Of a DNA stretch of 64,000 nt, positions 54,801-64,000 are shown piece by piece; the first letter of the stretch is position 1; the number at the start of each line of letters is the position of its first letter. The notes beneath the pieces were generated by a model. It did no database searches, was not told where the DNA came from, and saw only the letters and a program-made list of their open reading frames with translations. Where the stretch lies: the NCBI GenBank assembly GCA_003971905.1, contig RSEE01000001.1:682001-746000 (forward strand), in the 5' to 3' direction. The position numbers and the translations under genes are program-made. This stretch comes from Moniliella sp. 'wahieum'. Lineage: Eukaryota.

Positions 54801-57800
54801 TCCTCAGACCGTCGGTCGGTGCGGTCAGCAGGGGAATATTCTGGGCCGGATCCCGCCGTGTTGGCAGGGGTGTACGCCGGGGGGGCCATGCCACACGCCC
54901 TTAGCCATACGCCCTGCTGGGGTTTCAAGCTGCCTTCACCAATGGGTCGACTGTTGTGCTGGGCTCGCAGTCCGCAGTGGGGAGAGAGGGATGTTGGCCC
55001 CCTTTCTTTACCGTGGGCGAATGGGCTGCTAGCTGGGGTGTCGCGCGTGTCCTGTCCCCTGTGGCCGGGGGTGCGGCAACGGAGAGAGAGGCAGAGTCCT
55101 TCAGCCTAAAAGAGGCAAGATGCGAAAAGAGGCCACCGGGGGGGGCAGTGCGATGCTTGGCTGACCAAGAGGAGGGATGCATATGGCCATGGCCAGAGCC
55201 ATGAGCTTGAGGGGGTTCGGCACTGCCTCTGCGCCTGCCAAACCGGTAGCGGGAGGGCGAGCTGGGACGAGGGTGGGGTGGAGCCAGCGAGGGAACACCC
55301 AGCGTACCCACCGTTACTCCCGAAGAAGATCCTGGGCATAAATCGACTCATTCTTTGACAACATTGTGGAAAAAGAAGGTTTGTGGGACACCCGAGTCGC
55401 TTGCGGGGCAACGCATCTCCCTGAGTCGTGTCCTTGTCACTGTCATTGTCCTTTTCCTTGTCCTTGATACTTCCAGGCGTCAAACTGGTCAAGAGCGTAC
55501 CCACGGAGCCTGACCGTTTCCTTTGTCTGGCCTTGCTGGTGCCGGCACAGTTCGGGCATAAAAGGGAGTTGCCTATCCGCCTCCTGTGGCGGAGAGCTGG
55601 CCCGGGGTGAATCGGGAACTGGATGGGGAATCGGGAGAGACGCACCACTTCCTCGTCTGGGGCTGCATCTGAGGCTAGGTGATGGCCCTCGGGCGTGTGG
55701 CCCGCCTCGCTGGCGGTCGGCATGGAGGGAGATCCAGCAATCGGAGAAAACACCTGTGGACTTGCTGATAAAGGCGGGGTGAGAAGGAGGAGAGGGAGCC
55801 TTGTACGATGCGGACCGACCATGCCTCGAGCCAGCGCGAACGTCCGATGGCGTACGATAGGCTGAAGGGGCAGTCGAAATGGAGGGTGAGCCGACCGAAC
55901 TGGCTGAATCGCTCGGGTAGAGGCTGCTCAACTAGTTTGGACATGTTTTTCATCTTTTCCTTGCTGTTCTTGCCTTCTTCTTGAGTCTTATCTGTAAGGT
56001 TGCTCATTTTCTTGTCTTGTCCTTGTCCTTGTCCTTGTCCTTGTCCTTGTCCTTGTCCCTGTCCTTGTCCTGTCCTTGTCCTTGTCCTTGTCCTTGTCCT
56101 TGTCCTTGTCCTTGTCCCTGTCCCTGTCCTTGTCCTTCCCGAATCCCACCCAGGACGCTAAGCTGGCAGCCGAAGCGAGAGAAACTGTGCGCGAACGCGA
56201 ATGGCCCGATAGCGGGCGGTCCGCTTCCCTCCCTGGCAGGGTCGAAGGCAAAGCGATTTCCCGACTTTGGCGGGTGGAAGGGAAGCCGAGGTGGACGAAT
56301 GACGATTGCTGCCTTTAAATTCAGTGGGCAGGGGTGGAACGGCAGTATGCTGTCTTGATCTAAGCAGGGGTACGATCGTGCCCTGATGAATCTGCGCTTG
56401 AGTTTGAGCTGAGCCTGAGCTGAGCTCGCTTCTTGCCTCGGAGCCGGGGTATGGAGAGAGTGCGCTTGCGCGCGCCCGTGGGGGCGAGGAGCCCAATGCG
56501 TGGGGTGTGCATCGTTGCTGGACTCGGCCATCTTGCGGTTGGGTGGCGGGGTCAGAGGGGGAGGCATCGACGGCGGATGCGTCCCCTCCGGCGGCAAAGG
56601 GGTGCAGAGACGATGGGGCGAGCGGGTGGGGTTGCCCTTTAAAGTAGTTCCGGACGACAGCGGGTAGGGCGAGTGCGGTGGGGAGAGAGTAGCAGGCAGG
56701 GGGATAGGGGACTGCGATGTGCGCCTGTGGAGGAGCCGACAGCGAAGGCGAACACGGAAGCATCGGAGGCACAGGAGGGACAGACGCAGAGCACTGTGCT
56801 ACATCGTCTGACTGGGTGCGGGCCATGACAGGCGCTTGATCCGAAGCAGACCAACAACAGCCCGTGCGGCAGCCGAGGCGTGCGAGGCGGATGGGACGTG
56901 GCGACAACACGGCGCCGGCGGAAGGTGGACTTGAGGGCAGCGCAAGGCGCGTGTCCTTGCGTTCGCGCCTGGCCGACGTGGATGGAGGATGGGAGGCGTC
57001 ATGAGAAGCAATGGCGCTCTGTCCTGCTAATCGGGGACGGCAGGGCTGGTACGAAGGGGACGGGGGCTGGAACTGGCGGCGGAGCCGGATGCGGTGCAGC
57101 TGCAGGGGGGATGGGGGCCGAGCTTGTGATGGAGGCTGGGGCGTGTGGGGCAGAGCAGGGAGGAGCGCGGGGGGGGGGTGGGGCTGGCTCGGTTGGGCGG
57201 GCGGAGGAGCAAGGTGCGGGGCGGAGCGGGCTGCGTTGTGGGCTGCATAGACCAGCTTGGGCCCTGGCTCTGATGGGCGTGGCGGGGGGTCGTTGGGCGG
57301 GGCAGCAGCAGCTACAAACGGAGGCGAGGCGTCCGACACCAGCGGCAGAGGCACCGGAGGCACCGCGTGTGCGGGAGCGGGTGCGGGTACATGTGCAGGT
57401 GCGTGTGGGCGCAGGCGCGGGCGCGGGGACGAAAGCGAATCTGAGAGAGACGGGATGGAGGTGCTGGCTTGAGGCTGGGGGGGGGGGTGCGTCGGCGGCA
57501 CTGCTGGCTGGGCTCGAGGCCGCGGTGGTCGAGACGGAGGCAGTGGTGGCGGTGCTGAGCGCGGGTCGGGTGGCGTCGGCGGCGGTGGCGCCCGCGCGAA
57601 CGCTAGCGCGGGTGCGATCCACACGCACCGGCACCGGCACGGCCATCGAGGGTGGAGTGGCGCAGTGAACGGACGGAGCAAGTGGGGATCGCAGGACGAA
57701 GCGCGAAAGCGTCACAGCTGGCGAGATGCAATTTGCAAAGCCGAGCGGGGGGGCTGGCAGCTCCGGCAGACTGTGTGCGAGGATATCAGCGGGCGGCGCC

Positions 57801-57802
57801 AT
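51880..57802 (-). CDS. ATG4: Autophagy cysteine protease Atg4 (peptidase C54) with very long disordered extensions, frameshifted
   Basis: Catalytic [19 protein letters not shown] (about 54400-54460); [48 protein letters not shown]. Intron 53808-53856. Core about 53480-54700; the start (56827-57802) and stop (51880 or 52277) are uncertain. Confidence 0.85.
56016..56135. repeat. Hexamer microsatellite (CTTGTC)n, about 20 units, encoding (Lys-Asp)n on the minus strand
   Basis: Read directly from the sequence; a few CCTGTC variants and one 5-nt unit that shifts the frame. Confidence 0.92.
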
Positions 57803-58026
57803 CGCCCGTCCCAGTAGGTGCGCACGCGGCCACCGCTGCGCCCTCTCCACAGCCCACAGCCCACACCACCCGCCACGCCCAGCCATACCGCCGCGCGGGC
57901 ATCGCGTCTACGTGTCCCCCCCCTTCCCCCCGCCAGTCCGGCCGCTATCCAGCAACGCACTTTTTTCCAAGTATACATTGGTTGCCACACTCCCCGGCCA
58001 TGCCATGCCTTTGCCCTCGGCCAGCA

Positions 58027-61000
58027 TCAGTCGCTCACCCCCAGCTGCGTGGGGACGGCAGCAGCAACGCCGTAGGCACGCGCCTTGATGCGCAGATTGG
58101 TATCGTGAGTAACCAAGACGGCCGGGGGCACGTCAGGATGCGTGTCGGGCGTCCGGCGATGGGCGGCGTTCCAGACGGCCAGGCGAAGGATAATGTCATC
58201 CAGTGTCCGAGCCCGTGGCAGAGACAGGTCGGGTACCGGCGCAAAATCAATCGTCTCTGTCCGACAGCTCAGATCCGACAGACAGGCAAACCGGCTCGTC
58301 TGGACCACCATCCGTTTGCTCTCCACCGCCGCCTCTACCTCCTCCAACGCATCCTTGGCCCCAGCTGCTGTGGAGGCTGTGTGGGAGCGAGTGAGCCCGT
58401 CCAGCTCCGTCACCACCGCCAGCGGCACCACCACTCCCATCCTTGTGCCAAGAGACGAGATAGGGTGCTGTCTCCGTTGCGTCTCCCAACCAGAAGGACA
58501 TTCGTATCGAGCACAAGCGTTGTCTTGCCCACCTCGGCGGCCGTGCGCGGGGGAAGCGGGGTATCCGCCTGCGCCGGACGTGCTGCGTTAGTGACCGCCA
58601 GAACTTGCCGCAAAAGGCGATGACGCGCCTGGAGAGCCTCTTCCTCAGACTCGATTGACTCGGGTACGAGGGGCGGTGCCTCGACCAAGGGAGGCGACGC
58701 GGACTTGGGAGACGCACTCATCACCATCTCAGGCGGGGCAACGCAGCCCATTGCTCCATCTCATCCGTCAAGGGGCTGTGATCTCAAGCCCGGCCCCGGC
58801 ACGGACCACGCCCGGCACAAAGCGAGCCAGGCTGACGAGCAAATGACCAACCCGGTTCCACCGCACCCGTTCCACCAGTTCCACGACCGTCAGGCCCGGT
58901 GGGAACAGCCACGCTGACCCCGTCCCGACCATGGATCCAGCCGACACGGCCGATAAAGAGGAAGCATGGGACGATGGGGCCGCTTCCTCCTCATCCGGAG
59001 ACGGATCCCACACAGCCACATCGTCATACCGCAGCGCTTCACGTTCGGTCTGAAAGCGCAGGGCAGCAGGCCAGGCGGTGCGTTTCCACATCTTGCGTGC
59101 TTGTGCCGTAGGAGGCGGTGGCGGCGGAACGGTCCAAAACCCGCGCTCGTACACTTTCCGTCCGATCCACCCCATCCCGCGCATGGCCCAATCCTCAGGC
59201 AGCGGCGGCGACGAACCAATCTTGCTTGCACCCCGAGTTTTGGCCGCTAGCGCAGCCGCCTTGCGCGCCGCCTTGCCCTCCGCGCCAGGCAAGCTTGGAT
59301 CGGGCAAGCCCTGCGGCAGACGATACGAAAGATCCACAAGCAAATCCCACGGTACGTAGCGACGTAGCTTGCTTGCCACACGCGGTATACTGAGTCCTGT
59401 ATGGAGAAAAGTAAGAAACCCCGTAACGTAGGCCGAGGGGCCTTCCTCCCCTTCCTCGGGACCCGAGTGAGCAAAGTGCGCAACATGCCAAATGCCAGCT
59501 CGGCGGCCTGGTGCAGGTGGGCAGGTACCTGCTCCGTCTCGGTGTTCCCCTCGGGCAGCGCTGCCACATCATCCCAGGCCGCCTGCAACTCAGCCCCCTC
59601 GGCACCATACTCAAACAAAGCCGCCAGATTCACGGTGAGCATGCGCATCAGGTCCGCTTCGCCCACCGTGCCGCGCGCCAACAGATCCAAAAACGTCGCC
59701 AGAGCCGCATCCCATTGGCCCCGCCCTTTGTGGCGGACAAGCAGGCCATGGATCCACACAAATTGGGTCGTTACTTCCTCCTTGCCCGCCCGGGCGTGTT
59801 GCAGTCGGGAGGAAAAAAGCGATACAAGCGCATCACGGGCGGGAGCAAAGGGGTGGGATGCGGTAAGAGCCTTGACCAGATGGTACAGCATCCGCAGCTC
59901 CTCTCCGCGCGAGAGAAGGGCGAGGTGGTGATGCAAGCGTCCGGTACCGGGCACATCCGACAGTGCTAGGGTGTACCACTCATGGGCTGTTTCGCGCCAC
60001 AGTGTGCCTCATCCAGCTCCCAGTCGCCCAGCGCATCGGCCCCGATCGATGCCTTGCCGTTAACGTCCTCTTCATCCCCCGCTCCTTCGGGGAATTCATG
60101 GGGAGGAAAGAGGCGAGGGGCGTGGTTTCGCACTGCTGACCATCCGGGCGTGTGGCGAGTTGCGACTCGAGGCCCAACAGCGCAATCCGATATCGCGCCA
60201 GGTCGCCTAACGACTCGCGGAAATTGGTGCGCATCGACTGGAACAGTTCATTGTCCACCAACTCGGCGTAGAGGTAGGTAGTAGGCAAAGTAAACTGCAT
60301 CTGCCAGCTGATCCATCAGGCTCTCGGTTGGGGTTGGTACGGAAGGAAGAGGTTAGGGTAACGGTGCTGTAGGGATTGCAGTGGTGGTGTGGTGGATGGA
60401 ACGGGCGAAGAGGATGGGGGAGGGTGGGAGATGATGCGAAGAGCGAGGTGGCGCAGCTGTTCCAGCATGGGGTGACACGCTACCTGCCACAGTCGCCAGT
60501 CATGGCATACTCAGTCGGGAGCGAACGCCATGAGGCGAGCGACCCAGGGCCCAAGCACAGCTGGTAGAATTGGACGTGGAGCCGAGCCAGGCGTTTGCTT
60601 GTCGACACATGTTCCAGTGCCGATTTGATCGCCTCGGGGAGCGGCAATCGCTCCTTGACCGCGGCAGCATGGTAGGTCTGAAGTTCGGTCTCAAGCTTGC
60701 CAATGTCGCGATAGGTGCGCTTGATGTCGGCAATGTAGCCGTTGGCGGCAGCCTTGGCACTTGCGTTCGGCCCCTCGCCACCGACCGAGACCGAGCCGCT
60801 CTCGGCCGATGTGGTCGATGTCATCGTACCGGGGCCACGTCGTCGGCGATGGGGGTCGCGCGCGGCCGGAGTACTTGGTCAGAGCGCACTGAAGACGACT
60901 GGCTCGGAGCGGATCGGCCAGAAAGCGCACGCTGCGATGCTGCAAAGGTGACGGGGTCATCCTTGCTGGGGTCAAAGAGCGTTCCCTGCCTCTCTGATTG

Positions 61001-61381
61001 TCGTGGGGGAGGTGGGGGGCTGGGGCTTGGTGGAGGAGAGGGGGCAGTGGACACAACAGGGGTCGAGTTGTGGCGCATGGGCAGGGGGGTGGAGGGAGAG
61101 GAGTGAAGGCGGAAGAAGGGTGGTCGGAGGTTACGGGAGTACTGAGCTGGCGGCGGGGGGGGCGAGCACGGGTGGTGGTGGTGGATCTGGGTACTGAGGC
61201 TGGGGCTGAGACCAGGGCTGGGCATGGGCATGGGCATGGGCAGAGACATTAGGGTGTGCTGGGGCGGAGGGGCCATGCAGAGAAAGAGGGGAGGACGGTC
61301 GTGAAGCTGCTGTGATGCGGATGGGGATGGGTGCTGACGCTGGTGCGGGGTGTGGGTGCGGGTGCTGAGGCTGGTGGCCAT
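58027..61381 (-). CDS. Est1/SMG6-like protein (EST1 and EST1 DNA/RNA-binding domains plus C-terminal PIN nuclease), frameshifted
   Basis: FRESLGDLARYRIA and GRLHHHLALLS..LYHLVKAL..PF..AR are Est1/SMG5-7 TPR-like hallmarks. PIN motifs LVLDTNVLL, VPLAVVTELDGL, LDDIIL and VLVTHDTNLRIKARAYGV. Start at 61381 or 61276. Confidence 0.87.
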
Positions 61382-61839
61382 GGACAGGGCCTAGACGGCT
61401 GTGGGAAAGGACATGGTGGGCAGGCAGGGGGAGAGGTGGGGTGGGGGGGAGGAGGGCGGGTGCGGGTGGCCACGGACAAAGGCGAGGCGGTGAGGGTGAG
61501 GCACCGGCGGCCTTGCATGCACCGGCTGTGCGTTGAAATTTGGAGGCTCTACGCTCTGCTACGCTCCGCTGCTTGGCCTCGCCGACGCAGTCCGCAGTGC
61601 GCCTCTGCCATGGCTCGCCTGGTGCGACGCACCCGCTCCCCTCCCTGCAGCCCCCCTGCAGCCCCCCTGCAGCTCGTCCAAAACAGCCGCAGGGCTCTCA
61701 CTGCCCCCGGGCCACCTCCGCTTCGCACCTGCCGTGGCTGCGCTGCGTGCGCTCTGCGCTGGCTGCGCTGCGCTGCGCGGCCGCTGCTACTGTGCCAGTC
61801 GTCGGCTGCAATACTCGGCTCTCCACGCTTCAGCGTCAT

Positions 61840-61877
61840 TGATCGATGATCATCGACCATCGACCATGCATCAGTAC
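61840..61877. repeat. Mixed heptad array TGA-TCGA-TGA/TCA-TCGA-CCA-TCGA-CCA-TGCA-TCA-GTAC
   Basis: Read directly from the sequence; the longest example, upstream of the Est1-like gene. Confidence 0.8.
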
Positions 61878-62075
61878 GTTCAATCTCAGTATTTGTGTTC
61901 CAGGCCAGACTGGCCCCAGGCGGCTGCGAGCAGCGAGCAACCAACCCACGCGGCCCCACACACCCTGCGTGCTCTAATGCCAGCACACGCCCATTGCAGG
62001 CCTAGGCACTCGGCAGGGCCATGTCCAGCCCAGCACGATGCATGATGTGTGATGTGTGATGCATGATAGCCAACC

Positions 62076-62092
62076 TTCAAGCTTCAAGCTTC
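62076..62092 (+). repeat. 17-bp direct repeat TTCAAGCTTCAAGCTTC (left copy)
   Basis: Identical to 63187-63203; the two copies bracket the LysRS pseudogene. Confidence 0.9.
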
Positions 62093-63175
62093 AACCTGGG
62101 TCTCTGCTCCGGCTTCATCGCCGGGAAGGCGAGGACTTCGGCGATCCGGTTTGAGTAGGTCAGGAACATGGTCAGCCGGTCAATCCCCAGCCCCCAGCCC
62201 GCTGTGGGCGGCAAGCCGTGCTCGAGCGCGCCGCAAACACCTCGTCAATCCCTTGCGCCTCGTCGTCGCCGGCGGCCGCTTGGCGCGACTGCTTTCGAAC
62301 CGCTCCCGCTGGTCAAAGGGATCGTTGAGCTCCGTATACGCATTGGCAATCTCCTTTGATGCCACAAGGCTCGAACCGTTCGGGCAGACCCGGGATGGAG
62401 CGGTGGTACTTGGCCAGCCAGCGGGCTCATCACCTCAAGGTGGCCCATGATAAAGGAAGGATTGATGCGCTGAGGCTCAATGTACTCGCCCACAAACTTG
62501 TCCACCAACCGGGCCGATATGCGGGGCGCACTGCACTCCACCCTGTGCTACACTGCCAACTCATCCAGCCACTTACGCGCAGCCTCGGTGGAGCTGTTTG
62601 GCAGGCGGGAAAGTGACATTGAGCTGCGCCTCGAGCTCCTTGATCATGTCGAATCGCCTCCAGGGGGTAGCAAAGTCAATCTCGTACACGGGGCCATCGG
62701 GCTTATTCTTGCCGACATGATCCGAGGCAGAGACCATGATCAAGACCTTCTGACCCTCCGAGTGAAGATCATAAAAATGCAACTTGGCACCCTGCGCGCG
62801 CACCGTGTGGATGCGGCCGGTAATGGACACTTTCTCCTCCAGCGTAGCTCCAGGGTCGGTGGTGGGGCCGTACTTGTCGATAAAGGCACCAAGGGAGGTG
62901 TTTACATGGAACCTGTGAGGATACGGGTTGGACGCCTTGCTCTCACGCAGAGCCTTGATCGTGCGCGAGCGCTGCTCGTACTATTGCTGTGGGCTCAGTT
63001 CCCCCTCGTCCGTAGCGGACTTCGGCTTGGTCGCAGCCACGGGAGCAGCAGCCATCTTTGCCGCCTATTTTTCGGCGGACTGGCGCTCCTTCTGACGCCG
63101 CTTCAGTTCGCTCTTGCTGACCTTCTCGCCCATGACGGGGTCGAGGTGTGGGGCAGCGGCAGTAGCCTCAGACAT
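62084..63175 (-). pseudogene. KRS1: Cytosolic lysyl-tRNA synthetase pseudogene, internally deleted
   Basis: LDPVMGEKVSKSELKRRQK; NPYPHRFHV; GRIH..LHFYDL joined directly to [34 protein letters not shown]; motif 3 [20 protein letters not shown]. In-frame TAG at codon 37 (63065-63067). Class II motifs 1 and 2 are absent; total length only about 1.1 kb. Confidence 0.85.
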
Positions 63176-63186
63176 GGTTATGGTGG

Positions 63187-63203
63187 TTCAAGCTTCAAGC
63201 TTC
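63187..63203 (+). repeat. 17-bp direct repeat TTCAAGCTTCAAGCTTC (right copy)
   Basis: Identical to 62076-62092; 11 bp upstream of the LysRS ATG. Confidence 0.9.
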
Positions 63204-64000
63204 GAGGTGAATGGACGCCGGACTGAACCAACAGGTTGTGGAAAAGAAAAACAGGGGCCTACAGACACTGGCGCTGTGCCGTTCTTTAGACATATTCGCC
63301 CGGTCCGTGCATGTTAGGTTATAGCCCTAGGAGAGGATCTGTATCGTTTACGCCGGTAAACCCAATGGAATGCGGGGGCGGATGCACTATTAGTGCGAAC
63401 TCTTCCCCCCCCTTGTACTCCAACTCACTAACATTACCCACCCCCTCAAGTTCAACAGCCCCAAAGGATCGCGATGATTGGGTATCGTCAGGCTACATAG
63501 GAATGTCTCCTACATATGATACTAGTTTATTCACGTTCAACCCCCCCCCTCGGGCCTTGCAAAGCAGAGGAAAAGAGTGTAAGTGTGGCCCGAACGTCTC
63601 TGCCGACATTATAGCCAACCACACACCGGTCAGGCAATGCTGAGAACATATCCCGCCCGCCTCTCGTCACAAATGAAAGTCATTTATAATTCCCACACCT
63701 GTAGCAACTGCACACTCTTCACGACCTGCTCAGGCTGAGCCTTCGCATATAGGTGAGAGGCCCGATCGCTACTCTCCTGGCAACAGTCAACGCTCTACCT
63801 CCTCCCCTCTCACAGAGGCCACCATTTCGAGCATGCCAGACAACTCATCTCCGCATGTCCCATGGGCCCGGCTCCGGGAAAGGCTGTAAGTCCCGCCTCT
63901 CTCGGCTACAACTTTTGTGTGGCACAGCTTCGGCGGCGTGTTCCGACCGTTGCCGAACTGCATCAGTTGCTCATGTCCGCTCGTTCATTTTCCCTTTCGC

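Noticed and set aside
60351..60360. ACCCTAACC on the minus strand (1.5 telomeric repeats) as a candidate telomerase RNA template
   Set aside because: It lies inside the Est1-like coding region (HRYPNLF), a 9-mer match is not improbable in 64 kb, and no supporting structure is visible.
63204..64000. Possible start of another element or gene at the window end
   Set aside because: No TIR, LTR or protein motif identifiable within the available sequence.

Overview
Eukaryotic, GC-rich fungal DNA, most likely a basidiomycete. Introns are few and short (49-85 nt, GT...CTRAC/CTAAC...AG) and several proteins carry long low-complexity insertions, as in Ustilaginomycotina-like genomes; this taxonomic call is inference. 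Almost every gene, including essential ones, is broken by 1-2 nt frameshifts, so the assembly looks unpolished and gene ends are approximate. Recognisable content in order: a Ser/Thr-rich single-pass membrane protein; a decayed 3.7 kb TIR DNA transposon (CACTA/EnSpm- or Plavaka-like); a Baeyer-Villiger-type flavin monooxygenase; an orphan ORF; a Cdt2-like WD40 protein; GFA1; UBC8; a collapsed mitochondrial NAD-carrier pseudogene; an FLC/TRP-like channel; UTP13; a very long WS/DGAT-family acyltransferase; glycogen phosphorylase; tRNA-Tyr and tRNA-Ser (both with introns); telomerase reverse transcriptase (TERT); ribosomal protein eL42; NAP1; ATG4; an Est1/SMG6-like PIN protein; and an internally deleted lysyl-tRNA synthetase pseudogene flanked by 17-bp direct repeats. 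The most unusual signals are: (i) recurrent intergenic period-7 arrays of TGA/TCA plus a variable 4-bp palindrome; (ii) two internally deleted housekeeping-gene copies with CpG-type decay; (iii) an oversized TERT about 10 kb from an Est1-family gene. No telomerase RNA template could be supported.
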